Part shown: one piece after another, positions 49,894 through 61,077 of the stretch | Layout of the letters: each line of letters opens with the position of its first letter | Numbering within the stretch: position 1 is the first letter of the stretch | Assembly (NCBI GenBank): GCA_965217115.1 | Contig: OZ244239.1 | Span: 1,696,001-1,760,000, forward strand | Source of the DNA: Bdellovibrionales bacterium | Lineage (GTDB): Bacteria > Bdellovibrionota > Bdellovibrionia > Bdellovibrionales > CAYMLA01 | DNA length: 64,000 nucleotides | Direction: 5' to 3' | Translations under genes and position numbers: made by a program | Notes under the pieces: model-generated | Told to the model about the DNA's origin: nothing | The model's input: the letters and a program-made list of their open reading frames with translations, nothing else | Database searches by the model: none

Positions 49894-51858
49894 ATGAAAG
49901 AAATTAAGTTATTTTTGCTAACGATTTTTTTGGGAACCCCTTTTACTTGGGCAAAGATGACTTATCTGAGTCAGGTGGAAGATAATCGAGTTGTTGTGCT
50001 AGCCAATGATGATGGTTCAGAGGGAAGAGTGGTTTCTCCTCAAGATAAGCATGCCTATCATCCAGAGATAAGTTCTGATGGCCGTTATTTGGCTTACTCA
50101 GTGGGAACGATTCTTCCAAACCGTAAAATTGATGTAGCAATTCATGTGAAAGATTTGCAAACAGGGGATATCGAAGTGTGGACTCCCTCGGGGAATCAGT
50201 ACATTCATGCAGAGTTTTCAGGTGATGGAGAATACTTGGCCTTTAGTATGCCAGTTGAGAGAGAAGGAAAAAAAATTCAGAATATTGCTTTGGTGAATTT
50301 AAAAGAAGAAAGAAAAAAAAGAGCTAAAAAAGTGAAGGCTATAGATGGGGTGAAACATAGGTTTTACTCTCCTGACCTTGAAATTATTCAAAGTAAATAC
50401 CATTCTTATTTTCCAGCCATAGCTTCTGATGGTGCATTTGTTATTTACCATAGAACCAAAGATGTATCGTCTAAATCAACTCCTAAAGAAGTGGTTTTAT
50501 ACGATCGTTGGTCAAAGGAGACGACATTATTAACAGCTCCTAATGGTCATGGGATGGTGCCCTCATTATCATCAGATAATCGTCATATAGCTTATACAGG
50601 AATTCTTAATGGAGTGTGGGACATTCATTTGATTGATCGTTGGACGAAAGAGATCACCCAAATCACTCATTCACCGGACAAGGAGTTCACTCCTGTTTTT
50701 GCTCCTGATGGATCTATTAGTTACTCTCACATTACCGAAAAAGAAGACCTTTTCGAAATTGATATTTATAAAATTAGCAAAGAGGATGTTTTTGGCCATA
50801 GAGGGAAGGTGATTCCTCGACCCCTCATTAATGAGGTGGGAGTTTTTGAGTATGTACCTTCTTTTTCAGGGGATCTTTCCATTGAATTAAGACAGTATAG
50901 TGATATTCCAAATCCGGCGCGTTCCTCTTTTGCAACGGTTAAGAAAGGTCAGAAAATTTATGTGATCGGGGGGCATCAGGGGAAAGAGCATACCTATCCG
51001 CCAGAATCTTTTTTAAAGAGGTTGGATATTTATGATATTACAACGGGAACATGGTCTCAAGCGGCTTCAATGAACTTTGCCAAGCATGGATTTCAGGCTG
51101 TGGTTCATGGTAGGTATATTTATACGTTTGGTGGATTTGCTTTTTCAGCTAATCATAAACCAGGCTGGAAATCTCTGGACGTAGTTGAGAGATATGATGT
51201 TGAAAAAAATAAATGGACAGTTTTAAAGACACGTCTGCCAAGAAGAAGATCATCGAATGTCTCTATTAAGATGAGAAACAAGGTCTACCTTTTAGGTGGC
51301 TGGAACAGCACGCCTAAGCATGAAGGGGATTTTAATGGAAAGTTTCATCAAGAAATCGATGTCTTTGATCTTAATAACGAGACAGTGGAAGTTTTAAAAG
51401 AAAAATTACCACAACCCTTGAGAAGAGCTTTAACTGGAGTGACCGTTGGCGATGAAATTATTTTATTAGGTGGAATTTCAGAAGGAGGAAGTCATTTTAA
51501 ATGGTTAGACCATGTGACTGCTTTTAATGTGAAGAATAATGTGTGGAAGGAGTATCCTAAATTACCATTTAAAACATTTGCCCCAGGAGCAGGAGTTGCT
51601 AATGGAAGGTTGTTTCTTCTTGGTGGAATGAACGAACAATTTGAGTATTTGAATACGATCTATAGTTTTGACCTTCAGAAAAAGAAGGAGTGGGTAAATA
51701 CAGGAAGATACTTAAAAGAGAATAAAGGCTTCCCACAAGTGATCAATCTAGATAAAGATTCATTGGGGATTCTTGGTGGGCACACATATATTTTTGAAGA
51801 TGATGGAAACGTGGTAGATACACCCGTATCAACTTTTGAATTACTTTTGGTCGAGTAA
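49894..51858 (+). CDS. Secreted TolB/PD40-like propeller + Kelch-repeat protein
   Basis: Signal peptide; PxxSxDG repeats followed by IYVIGG / YTFGG / YLLGG Kelch repeats. Confidence 0.82.
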   Translation: MKEIKLFLLTIFLGTPFTWAKMTYLSQVEDNRVVVLANDDGSEGRVVSPQDKHAYHPEISSDGRYLAYSVGTILPNRKIDVAIHVKDLQTGDIEVWTPSGNQYIHAEFSGDGEYLAFSMPVEREGKKIQNIALVNLKEERKKRAKKVKAIDGVKHRFYSPDLEIIQSKYHSYFPAIASDGAFVIYHRTKDVSSKSTPKEVVLYDRWSKETTLLTAPNGHGMVPSLSSDNRHIAYTGILNGVWDIHLIDRWTKEITQITHSPDKEFTPVFAPDGSISYSHITEKEDLFEIDIYKISKEDVFGHRGKVIPRPLINEVGVFEYVPSFSGDLSIELRQYSDIPNPARSSFATVKKGQKIYVIGGHQGKEHTYPPESFLKRLDIYDITTGTWSQAASMNFAKHGFQAVVHGRYIYTFGGFAFSANHKPGWKSLDVVERYDVEKNKWTVLKTRLPRRRSSNVSIKMRNKVYLLGGWNSTPKHEGDFNGKFHQEIDVFDLNNETVEVLKEKLPQPLRRALTGVTVGDEIILLGGISEGGSHFKWLDHVTAFNVKNNVWKEYPKLPFKTFAPGAGVANGRLFLLGGMNEQFEYLNTIYSFDLQKKKEWVNTGRYLKENKGFPQVINLDKDSLGILGGHTYIFEDDGNVVDTPVSTFELLLVE

Positions 51859-51897
51859 TCTATCTTTTTAAGAAGAGATTCATTTGTTTGAAATTGT

Positions 51898-52461
51898 TTA
51901 TTTGTTGACACGTTCTAGGTATTCGCTAGAGCGTGTGTCTATTTTGAGGACATCACCCACTTTTATATGTAAAGGAACGTTAACAATGAGGCCTGTCTCT
52001 AATGTAGCTGGTTTAATTGCTCCAGTGACCGTGTTGCCTTTTACACCTGGATCTGTTTCTCTGACGGTGAGATTTACAGTATTAGGAATTTCTGTAGCAC
52101 AGGGTTTTTCGTCGAGGAAGAGAATTTTAACTTTCATGTTTTCGACAATAAAATTTTTGGAGGAACCAATTTCAGCATCCATTAAAATGATCTGATCGAA
52201 GGTTTCCGGGTGCATGAAATTATAACCAGAATCATCTTGATAGAGAAAGTTGTAATCTGAGTACATGACATCGGGCTGTTCAAACTTCTCTCCAGAACGG
52301 ATTGTTTTTTCTAGATTACTATTTTTAATGAGATGCCTTAGCTTGATACGGGAAAATTGGTTCCCTTTTCCTGGTTTGATATGTTCAAACTCGGTTATTT
52401 CATAGGGTTGTCCTTCAAAAATAAGTTTAAGACCTTTTTTAAAATCAGATGTGCTTATCAT
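51898..52461 (-). CDS. efp: Elongation factor P
   Basis: KPGKG, TDPGVKGNT, KPATLETG. Confidence 0.97.
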   Translation of the reverse strand: MISTSDFKKGLKLIFEGQPYEITEFEHIKPGKGNQFSRIKLRHLIKNSNLEKTIRSGEKFEQPDVMYSDYNFLYQDDSGYNFMHPETFDQIILMDAEIGSSKNFIVENMKVKILFLDEKPCATEIPNTVNLTVRETDPGVKGNTVTGAIKPATLETGLIVNVPLHIKVGDVLKIDTRSSEYLERVNK

Positions 52462-52565
52462 AATACAGTCACCTTGGTTTGATTATCAGTAAAGGCAAGG
52501 CACGTATTGCAACAGTGATTGCGCGCCTGAGGTTTTAGACAGAATGAGTGATTAGCCTAAATTAA

Positions 52566-53345
52566 TTAAAAGAGATTGGCAACCACGGGAATGCGACGTG
52601 CTTGAATGCGATCAAGGAGAGATTGTAGGAGTTTAATTTTCTTTACCGCTAATGTCGTGGGTATTTTAGTAGGTGCAGTTTCTTCTGTGAGCTGAGAGGT
52701 TTTGTTGCTTAGCAGCTGTGAGCGGCGTTGAATTTCTGGATGATTTTTGATTTTTAAGGGACTGTTGCTAATGATTTCATGGACTTTGTCCAGGCGATTT
52801 TGAACGATATAGGCATCTATGAGAGAGAGAGTTTTCTCTAAGCCTTGTGTTGTGAGGGGGGTGTCCTTGTTTTCAGAGGATTCAATGGGGAAAATAAATT
52901 CAAAATCAAAGAGATCGGGATTGTATTCATTGGCTGTGAGGCTTTCGAGTTTTTTTACGACACGAGCAGCTTTGGGGTCAGTAGGGTTTAAGAGTAGGTT
53001 TATCTTATAGGCTTTAAGGGCTTTTTTTGGTTTTTTTAGGCGCAGAGCCAGTTCTCCCAGAAGAGCGTGTGCGAGAATATTATCGGGAGCTAAATCTGTA
53101 GCCATTTCTATGTGTTGCAGGGCTTCGTCGTAATGCCCCTGATCTATCAGTATTCGCCCTAGACAGAGATATCCCCCTGGAAATTGAGGATGCTGATGGA
53201 TGCCTTTATGGCAAAGACGCATAGCTTCATCAAAATGCTGTATTTTTCGATAGGCCTCAGCTAAAGGGGCGAAAACCTTGGATTTAGGGTCTTTTTCGTA
53301 GAGGGCTTTGTAGTTCTCGATAGACTTTCTTTTTTGGGTGTCCAT
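52566..53345 (-). CDS. TPR protein
   Basis: DPKSKVFAPLAEAYRK, APDNILAHALLGE. Confidence 0.8.
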   Translation of the reverse strand: MDTQKRKSIENYKALYEKDPKSKVFAPLAEAYRKIQHFDEAMRLCHKGIHQHPQFPGGYLCLGRILIDQGHYDEALQHIEMATDLAPDNILAHALLGELALRLKKPKKALKAYKINLLLNPTDPKAARVVKKLESLTANEYNPDLFDFEFIFPIESSENKDTPLTTQGLEKTLSLIDAYIVQNRLDKVHEIISNSPLKIKNHPEIQRRSQLLSNKTSQLTEETAPTKIPTTLAVKKIKLLQSLLDRIQARRIPVVANLF

Positions 53346-53457
53346 AGGGTTAAGTGTTCCATGACTGTATTATGAGTTCAAGCTATACTCTACTGGTGTG
53401 TGACATTGATTTATTCAAAAGGGTTTTGATGTTTGTTTTGGGGCCAATAAATAGTAT

Positions 53458-53988
53458 GTGGGGTGGAATTTGACTTCTATTTTGGGAATAGACCCTGGTT
53501 CACAAGTATTAGGTTATGGTTTAATCACTGAAAAAAATGGTGAATTCAGAAGTTTAGACCATGGAGTGATTAAGCAAACGGCGAAGAGTCCTTTCTCTGA
53601 ACGCCTATTGGTGATTGGTCAGAGATTGGGGCAAATTATGGATCAGCATTGTCCAGAGGTTTTGGCAATTGAAGATATTTTCCTTGGGAAAAATGTGCAA
53701 AGTGCTTTTAAATTAGGTCATGTTCGAGGTGTTATTCTATATGAAGCTCAGAAAAGAGGAATGGAAATTTTTGAATGGTCTCCACGTTCGGTTAAGAAAG
53801 GAATTACAGGAAAAGGAAACGCAACTAAAGAGCAGGTGGAGTTACTTGTGAAGCGATTCTTGAATTTAGAAAAAATTAACCTTACTATAAATTCGAGCGA
53901 CGCTTCTGATGCTTTGGCCGTGGCTCTTTATCAAGCCCGTCGGTTAGAGATAGATCGACGTTTAAAGAAAGTGGGAGTTCCCTTGTGA
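53458..53988 (+). CDS. ruvC: Holliday junction resolvase RuvC
   Basis: ILGIDPG, KLGHVRGV, DASDALAVA. Confidence 0.96.
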   Translation: MGWNLTSILGIDPGSQVLGYGLITEKNGEFRSLDHGVIKQTAKSPFSERLLVIGQRLGQIMDQHCPEVLAIEDIFLGKNVQSAFKLGHVRGVILYEAQKRGMEIFEWSPRSVKKGITGKGNATKEQVELLVKRFLNLEKINLTINSSDASDALAVALYQARRLEIDRRLKKVGVPL

Positions 53989-54560
53989 TAGGCTTTTTAA
54001 AAGGAAGGGTTATTGATGTTGATGTTGATTCTCTTATGCTCGATGTGAATGGAGTTGGTTATGAAATTTTTTGCTCAAAAAATGTATTGAGAAGCAAGGT
54101 TTTAGGAGGTGAAGAGAGCTTTTTTATTTACACCCATGTTCGAGAAGAGACACTATCTCTCTTTGGTTTTATGGATATTATGGAAAAGAGGTTGTTTTTA
54201 TCATTACTTAAAGTCAACGGGGTTGGCGCAAAGATGGCGATGGCTATTTTGTCAGGCACAACTCTTAAAGAACTTTCACGAATGATAGAGAGCAATGATG
54301 TGAAGGGGTTGACTCGTTTACCGAAGGTGGGAAAGAAGAAGGCGGAGCAAATTATTCTCTCACTTAAAGGAAAGCTTGTTATTGAGGGAGAAGATAACCA
54401 AGGGCAGACTCTAAATAGAGATGTGGCGTCGGCTTTGGTTAATTTGGGCTTTAAGTCTTCTGACGTTGAAGAGGCCGTAAAGAGTTTAGATTTAAACTTG
54501 TCTGTGGAAGAGAGTGTTAAACAAGGATTATCAATCTTAAAAGGGCATAGAAGCCGTTAA
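53985..54560 (+). CDS. ruvA: Holliday junction branch migration protein RuvA
   Basis: MIGFLKG, DVNGVGYE, VNGVGAKMA, ALVNLGF. Confidence 0.96.
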   Translation: MIGFLKGRVIDVDVDSLMLDVNGVGYEIFCSKNVLRSKVLGGEESFFIYTHVREETLSLFGFMDIMEKRLFLSLLKVNGVGAKMAMAILSGTTLKELSRMIESNDVKGLTRLPKVGKKKAEQIILSLKGKLVIEGEDNQGQTLNRDVASALVNLGFKSSDVEEAVKSLDLNLSVEESVKQGLSILKGHRSR

Positions 54561-54575
54561 AAGGGAATTGTATTT

Positions 54576-55562
54576 GTGGAAAGAATATCAGATAGCCATG
54601 AATTTTCAGGGGAAGGTCGGATTGAAAATATTTTGCGCCCTAAAAATTTCGATGAGTTTCCAGGTCAAACTTCGGTAAAACAAAAGTTAAAAGTCTTTGT
54701 TCAGGCGGCGAAAAAAAGAGAAGAGCCCCTTGATCACAGTTTATTTTTTGGTCCTCCAGGTTTGGGTAAAACGACTTTGGCCTGTATTATTTCTGAAGAG
54801 ATGGGAGTGGAATGTCAAACAACCTCAGGCCCTGCTTTGGATAAAAAGGGTGATTTGGCGGCTATTTTGGTGGGGCTTCAGCCAAACTCGGTGCTTTTTA
54901 TTGATGAAATTCATCGCCTTAATAGAACTGTTGAGGAATATTTATACAGTGCAATGGAAGATTACTTTATTGATATCATAACGGGTGAAGGGCTTGGAGC
55001 ACAGACGATGAAGTTCCGCTTATCACCGTTCACTTTGGTGGGAGCGACAACTCGCCCAGGATTATTAAATGCTCCTTTTCGTGATCGTTTTGGTATTCAA
55101 GAAAGATTGAATTTCTATGAGCGTGACGATTTGATAAAAATATTACTACGCTCGGCTAAACTTTTAGAAGTGAATATTGATGAGATAGGTGCTAAGGAGA
55201 TCGCAGGTCGTTCCCGTGGGACGCCTCGTATAGCGAACCGACTGTTAAAGAGGGTGAGAGACTATGCTCAGGTGGAAGGTTCAGGGGAGATTGATCAGAA
55301 GATTGCTAATTATGCTTTAGATAAATTAGGGGTGGATCGTATTGGTTTGGACGAGATGGATCGTCGTATTCTTTCGACGATTCATGAAAAATTTTCTGGT
55401 GGCCCTGTTGGTATTGAAACATTAAGTGCCTCATTAAGCGAAGAGCGTGATTCTTTAGAGGAGGTTTATGAACCTTACCTTCTTCAAGAGGGTCTTTTGC
55501 AAAAGACCCCCCGTGGTCGAATGTTGACAGATACAGCTAAAAAACATCTTGAGAATGTGTAG
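54576..55562 (+). CDS. ruvB: Holliday junction branch migration helicase RuvB
   Basis: [34 protein letters not shown]. Confidence 0.98.
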   Translation: MERISDSHEFSGEGRIENILRPKNFDEFPGQTSVKQKLKVFVQAAKKREEPLDHSLFFGPPGLGKTTLACIISEEMGVECQTTSGPALDKKGDLAAILVGLQPNSVLFIDEIHRLNRTVEEYLYSAMEDYFIDIITGEGLGAQTMKFRLSPFTLVGATTRPGLLNAPFRDRFGIQERLNFYERDDLIKILLRSAKLLEVNIDEIGAKEIAGRSRGTPRIANRLLKRVRDYAQVEGSGEIDQKIANYALDKLGVDRIGLDEMDRRILSTIHEKFSGGPVGIETLSASLSEERDSLEEVYEPYLLQEGLLQKTPRGRMLTDTAKKHLENV

Positions 55563-55596
55563 AGATTCTGTAGCGACCTGTCCATAAAAAGCGTGT

Positions 55597-56733
55597 TTAC
55601 CTTTTAGAGAGCAAGTGGATGTGACTTGAGCCCTCTTGTTGAATGCCTTTATTGAGTTTAATTTTCTCCCCATCTTTCTGGCCTTGGGTATAGGATTGGT
55701 TGTCAAATTGACTGGGATGGTTTGAGGTTCGATTGTGCATGCGAGGATAACGTGAGGACATGAAGTCTCTAATATTTTTTTCATCTTGTTTGATAAGGCT
55801 TTTGATTTTTGAAGAAGGGGAGTTTAAAGAGTGATCTTGAGAGGATAAGTCAGGGGCTCTGCTGAGTGTCTGCTCAAGGTTTTTTCTAAAGCCTTTAATG
55901 ACACCCATATAGTAGGATCGTCGGTTGCTGAAGTTGTCTTTGTTTTTAACCCATAACTGCGTGAGTTGTTGGTTGAGAAAGTAATAAACATATTCAGCAA
56001 TGAGAACGTTCTCCTGTCTTCCCATGAGTTCAATGGTTTTATGGATTTGATTTGTTTGCGGATCGTAAAGATCACTGAAGATGGCTTGCACGAAATAGTA
56101 TTCACTCAATAAACCGACGATTTGGCTCTGATGAAATTCGATACGTTTTTTTTTGTGATTGATAATCAAGTAAACACAATCATCGGAGGGTTCGGAATCG
56201 GAGAGTTTGTCGACGTTATATTTTAAAATAAGTTGTTGGGCTTTGGCAGCAGCACGATAGGCCTCGTGTTCATTGGTGGATTGTGCAAGAGAGAGAAGTT
56301 TTTTTATTTTTCTCAATGGAGAATTCCGATTGTCGAATTCATTCTGCCGTCTCTGCCATTGTTCTTTCCATAAAGGAATGGGTTGATCTAGATCGATGGA
56401 GGCACTGTTAAATGGAGGACAAATTCCAATGCTTTTACAAGCTTTTTGAAAAGAGGCTCTATGCCCATCGTCTGTTCGATACAGTTCACTGCAAATTTGA
56501 TGGGCCATTTCATGTTTGAAAATCTGCAGAACAACATCCCAAGGATAGTTGAGGATGAGGGTCTTTGATATTTCGATCTTTCTCTCATAGGGAGACCACC
56601 GTCCCCAGTGGCTCTTATTATCTGTGATTTCAATAACAGCAGGTCGCAGTTTGAGGCGATATTGAAAACAGATGTACTCATGTTCTCTTAACAGCTGCTG
56701 ACACCATTTTTTTATGTCCACCGTTTTCCCCAC
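55597..56733 (-). CDS. SprT-like zinc metallopeptidase + DUF2786-like domain
   Basis: WGRW..HEMAHQ..DGH; KIKKLLSLAQSTNEHEA. Confidence 0.8.
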   Translation of the reverse strand: MGKTVDIKKWCQQLLREHEYICFQYRLKLRPAVIEITDNKSHWGRWSPYERKIEISKTLILNYPWDVVLQIFKHEMAHQICSELYRTDDGHRASFQKACKSIGICPPFNSASIDLDQPIPLWKEQWQRRQNEFDNRNSPLRKIKKLLSLAQSTNEHEAYRAAAKAQQLILKYNVDKLSDSEPSDDCVYLIINHKKKRIEFHQSQIVGLLSEYYFVQAIFSDLYDPQTNQIHKTIELMGRQENVLIAEYVYYFLNQQLTQLWVKNKDNFSNRRSYYMGVIKGFRKNLEQTLSRAPDLSSQDHSLNSPSSKIKSLIKQDEKNIRDFMSSRYPRMHNRTSNHPSQFDNQSYTQGQKDGEKIKLNKGIQQEGSSHIHLLSKR

Positions 56734-56809
56734 CGCATTCTCGCCCCCAGAAAAAACATTTAACTAAACCTTATACATTTTTTTCACCTGAAAAGCTATA
56801 AAGAACAGA

Positions 56810-57115
56810 CCCCCCCCCCACAAACACCCCCTTCCCCTTCCCCTTCTCCTCTTCCTTTCCCTTTTCCTTTCCCTTTCCCTTTTCCTTCTCCTTTTCCTTT
56901 TCCTTTTCCTTTTCCTTCTCCTTCTCCTTTTCCTTTTCCTTCTCCCTTCTCCCTTCTTCTTCTCCCTTCTCCCTTCTCCCTTCTCCCTTCTTCTTCCCCT
57001 TTTTCTTCCCCTTTCCCCCTTTTTCCCCCTTTTCCCCCTTTCCTCCCTTTTTCCCCTTTCCTCCCTTTTTTCCCTTTTTTCCCTCCCTCCCGCCCCCCCC
57101 CGCTGTCCCCCCTCC
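56810..57115. repeat. ~300-bp polypyrimidine (C/T) low-complexity tract
   Basis: Almost only C and T, with CCTTTT and CCCTTCT periodicity. Confidence 0.9.
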
Positions 57116-57127
57116 CATTGCAGCTTT

Positions 57128-57257
57128 CAGTGAGCCGTGATTCCAAGGGGGTTGTCTCCAAGTGAGTTCGGCTTGGTGCGCTGCTCACTTCAGTGAGCGG
57201 CGCCGCCAAACGCATGTCTGAACATGGAGACAACCCCCTTGGAATCACGGCTCACTG
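57128..57257. repeat. Long palindrome, copy 2 (33-bp stem + inner hairpin)
   Basis: 57128-57160 is the exact reverse complement of 57225-57257; inner GCGCTGCTCACT/AGTGAGCGGCGC. Confidence 0.9.
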
Positions 57258-57379
57258 CCGGAAGCCAAATTTTTGGGAAGTAATACAAAATGAAATTTTA
57301 CAGTAGCTAACTCCCCACGAAAAGGCTACTTTGAGGGGCTTCCCAGAGAAGTGACTTAAGAACTAGAGATGGATAAGCT

Positions 57380-58291
57380 ATGTATTTACAAAGAACACTC
57401 AATCAGCGTGCCAAAGTAGAAGGGATTGGTTTGCATTCAGGGCAACCCTGCTCGTTGACCTTTTGTCCTGCGCCGACAAATACAGGGATTTATTTTGTGC
57501 GTACAGATATTGAAGGGAGGCCTCTTCTTGAGGCAAAAGTGTCAAATGTGCAGGCGACTTCTCGGGCGACCACTTTAGGTGGTAAAGATTTTTCGATTCA
57601 TACTGTGGAGCATTGTTTATCAGCTCTGGCAGCTTTTCGAATAGATAATCTTCTTATAGAGCTTGATGGTCCAGAGATCCCCATTGATGATGGGAGTTCT
57701 CAAGTTTTTTTACAGGCTATCTTAGAAGCTGGCGTTGTTGAGCAAGATCAGCCGCGTAAATATGCCTACATAACTCAACCTATTTTCTATGGTAATGAAG
57801 AAAAGCACGCCTATGTTATGCCTTATAATGGCTTGCGTTTGACTTGCACAATTGACTTTCCCCATAAGAAGGTTGGTCGGCAAAAAATTGATTTAGATAT
57901 TAATGAGAGAACTTATCAAGATGAGTTAGCTTCTGCACGAACATTTGGTTTTATGAAAGATCTAGAGCCTTTACAAGCAGCGGGTTTGGCTAAAGGAGTG
58001 AGTTTAAATAATACTATTGGTCTTACTGAAGATGGTATTATGAATGAAGATGGTTTGCGTTTTAATAATGAATTTGTTCGCCATAAGGCTTTGGATGCGT
58101 TGGGGGATATTGTGACCTTAGGATTTCCAATCATGGGTCATTTTGTTTGTTACAAGGCGGGGCATGATTTGTTAAACAGCCTTGTGAAGAAGATTCTTGT
58201 CTCACAGGACTCCTATCAACATGTGGAATTAGGTGCCTATGCTCCTGAAGATTTTTTTGACCGCAGTCAGTATCAGTGGGATTATAAATAG
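57380..58291 (+). CDS. lpxC: UDP-3-O-acyl-GlcNAc deacetylase
   Basis: GIGLHSG, TVEHCLSAL, ARTFGF, EFVRHKALDALGD, AGH. Confidence 0.97.
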   Translation: MYLQRTLNQRAKVEGIGLHSGQPCSLTFCPAPTNTGIYFVRTDIEGRPLLEAKVSNVQATSRATTLGGKDFSIHTVEHCLSALAAFRIDNLLIELDGPEIPIDDGSSQVFLQAILEAGVVEQDQPRKYAYITQPIFYGNEEKHAYVMPYNGLRLTCTIDFPHKKVGRQKIDLDINERTYQDELASARTFGFMKDLEPLQAAGLAKGVSLNNTIGLTEDGIMNEDGLRFNNEFVRHKALDALGDIVTLGFPIMGHFVCYKAGHDLLNSLVKKILVSQDSYQHVELGAYAPEDFFDRSQYQWDYK

Positions 58292-58417
58292 CTGGAATCA
58301 CTACATTTTAATGGATTTAAAAATATCGATCTGTGCAAGGTTGCATTGACCTTTAGGGTCTCGTGAGTTAAACACTGACGACAATAAAATAGCTCTAGAA
58401 GATGGGGATTTTTTGCA

Positions 58418-59533
58418 ATGATCATTGGTGTGCCTAAAGAGATTAAAATTAGTGAGAATAGGGTTGGTTTAACTGAGGCAGGAGTGCGTCAGTTGGTGCG
58501 TGAAGGACATAGTCTTTTAGTTGAAAAAGATGCTGGTGTTGGCATTGGTTTGTCCAATAATGATTATGAGAAAATGGGTGCGCAGATTATTGATTCCAAA
58601 ATGAGCGTTTATCGCAAGGCTGAAATGATCGTAAAGGTTAAAGAACCTTTGCCTGATGAGTATGATTTGATGCAAGAAAATCAAATTTTATACACGTATC
58701 TGCATTTGGCGGCGGAGCCAAAGCTCACCAAAGTGTTGTGTGAGCGCAAAGTTAAGGCTGTGGCCTATGAAACTATTGAGGCAGCAGATGGGTCGTTGCC
58801 TTTGCTTATTCCTATGAGTGAAGTGGCAGGGCGTATGGCGACACAGATAGGAGCCTTTTATCTACAAAAAGACAAGGGTGGTAAGGGTGTATTGTTGGGC
58901 GGAGTGACAGGGGTGACTCCAGCTAAGGTGACGATCATTGGTGGCGGAGTGGTTGGCACTAATGCAGCTAAAATGGCCGTTGGATTAGGTGCTGAGGTGA
59001 CTGTTTTGGATGTGAATCACGCGAGGTTACGTTATTTGGATGATGTTTTTGGAGGAAGGCTAAGAACCCTCCATTCTAATTATACAAACATTGAAACTTC
59101 AGTGAAAAATTCTGATCTCGTTATTGGAGCTGTTCTCTTGGCAGGGTGTAAGGCTCCAGTGCTTGTGACTAAAGAGATGATTAAGCAAATGGAAAGAGGT
59201 TCCGTGGTTGTTGATGTGGCAGTGGACCAAGGTGGTTGCATAGAGACTTGTCGTCCAACAAGTCACACGGAGCCGACGTATAATATTGATGATGTGATTC
59301 ATTACTGCGTGCCTAATATGCCTGGTGTCGTGGCGAGGACGTCAACATACGCATTGACCAATTGCACATTTAGATATGCTTCAATCATTGCAGAGATGGG
59401 TTTGGAAGAGGCTCTAGCTAAGGACTCTTATTTGCTAAAGGGCTTAAATACCTACGGTGGCCATGTCACCTATGGGCCTGTCGCAAAGGCCCTGGATATG
59501 AAGTACACCCCCTATTCCTGCACTGACAGCTGA
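58418..59533 (+). CDS. ald: Alanine dehydrogenase
   Basis: [35 protein letters not shown]. Confidence 0.97.
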   Translation: MIIGVPKEIKISENRVGLTEAGVRQLVREGHSLLVEKDAGVGIGLSNNDYEKMGAQIIDSKMSVYRKAEMIVKVKEPLPDEYDLMQENQILYTYLHLAAEPKLTKVLCERKVKAVAYETIEAADGSLPLLIPMSEVAGRMATQIGAFYLQKDKGGKGVLLGGVTGVTPAKVTIIGGGVVGTNAAKMAVGLGAEVTVLDVNHARLRYLDDVFGGRLRTLHSNYTNIETSVKNSDLVIGAVLLAGCKAPVLVTKEMIKQMERGSVVVDVAVDQGGCIETCRPTSHTEPTYNIDDVIHYCVPNMPGVVARTSTYALTNCTFRYASIIAEMGLEEALAKDSYLLKGLNTYGGHVTYGPVAKALDMKYTPYSCTDS

Positions 59534-59900
59534 CGACGGACTTAATAAAAGCCATTGTAGATCACTTTAAACACCTCTGGCCCTTGAGAGGTTATTCAGC
59601 CCTATCAATCTCAAACATCAAGTCTCAGCAGGTCAAAAAACCAACCCTGTTGAGTTGATAATGTATTTTTTCTAAAAAAAATATAGATTTTTTTAGGCCT
59701 GTATCTAACCTATTATATTAAGGTTTTTAGCTAAAACAGACAAATTATTAATCTATTAGAGAATAAAAGGAAGAAACACATAGACAGATTGCTGCGCCGC
59801 GTAGTACGTTGTGCCGAAACAGAGAAACAGTGCTGAGCCTTAGATTTTTTTAGATCAGCTTAAATTAAAAATGTTTCCCAAAAAATAGGAGAGTATTAGA

Positions 59901-60170
59901 ATGGAAAAAACAGTGAAAAGAACAGTGATGATGTTGGTGTTGGGTTTGAGCTTAAGCGCAAATGCGACGTATAATGGTGGTGGTATATGCTCTGGATCAG
60001 ATTGCAATCTGACTCCTACAGAGTCAGCGGTGATCATAGATGATGCCCAGAATTTTTTAAATGGCGGTGATGCTTCAGAAGTATTTGCCCTTAGTTTTGC
60101 TGGCGCTTTGCTGGAAGACACCTCTCTAACTGCTGAAGAGTATGCCCAACAAATTCTTGAAGGTGAGTAG
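59901..60170 (+). CDS. Small secreted DUF2388-like protein, copy 1
   Basis: AGGAG RBS, signal peptide ending ANA, DDAQNF...AQQIL. Confidence 0.8.
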   Translation: MEKTVKRTVMMLVLGLSLSANATYNGGGICSGSDCNLTPTESAVIIDDAQNFLNGGDASEVFALSFAGALLEDTSLTAEEYAQQILEGE

Positions 60171-60486
60171 TTAAGTAGGTTTTTTTTGTGACAGGCCTGC
60201 TCCAGAAGATTTTTTTTGGAGTGGGCCCTCGTTATTTGAGTTAATGATGTATTTTTTTCTAAGAGAAACCATCTGCTTTAAATTATATAACATACTGATT
60301 ATACTATCTTTTTTAGATAAAGCAGACAAGTTATTAATCTATAGAAGAGAGAAGGAAGAAATACATAGACAATTTGCTGCACCGCGTAGTACGTTGCGCT
60401 GAAAACAGAGAAACAGTGCTGAGCCTTAGATTTTTTCAGATCAGCTTAAATTAAAAATGTTTCCCAAAAAATAGGAGAGTATTAGA

Positions 60487-60762
60487 ATGGAAAAAACAGT
60501 GAAAAGAACAGTGATGATGCTGGTGTTGGGTTTGAGCTTAAGCGCAAATGCGACGTATACGTATAATGGTGGTGGTATATGCTCTGGATCAGATTGCAAT
60601 CTGACTCCTACAGAGTCAGCGGTGATCATAGATGATGCCCAGAATTTTTTAAATGGCGGTGATGCTTCAGAAGTATTTGCCCTTAGTTTTGCTGGCGCTT
60701 TGCTGGAAGACACTGCTCTAACTGCTGAAGAGTATGCCCAACAAATTCTTGAAGGTGAGTAG
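60487..60762 (+). CDS. Small secreted DUF2388-like protein, copy 2
   Basis: As copy 1 with a TY duplication after the signal peptide. Confidence 0.8.
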   Translation: MEKTVKRTVMMLVLGLSLSANATYTYNGGGICSGSDCNLTPTESAVIIDDAQNFLNGGDASEVFALSFAGALLEDTALTAEEYAQQILEGE

Positions 60763-61077
60763 TTAAGTAGTTTTTTTTGTGACAGGCCTGCTCCAGAAGA
60801 TTTTTTTGGAGTGGGCCCTCGTTATTTGAGTTAATGATGTATTTTTTTCTAAGAGAAACCATCTGCTTTAAATTATGTAACATACTGATTATACTGTCTT
60901 TTTTAGAGAGAGCAGACAAATTACTAATCTATAGAAGAGAGTAGGGGAAAATCACATAGACAATTTAACGCACTGCATGATATACTGCGCTGAAAACAGA
61001 GAAACAGTGCTGAGCCTTAGATTTTTTCAGATCAGCTTAAATTAAAAATGTTTCCTAAAAAATAGGAGAGTATTAGA

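Noticed and set aside
56771..57248. G/K/E-rich ORFs of 115 and 150 aa
   Set aside because: They are translations of the low-complexity purine strand and the palindrome
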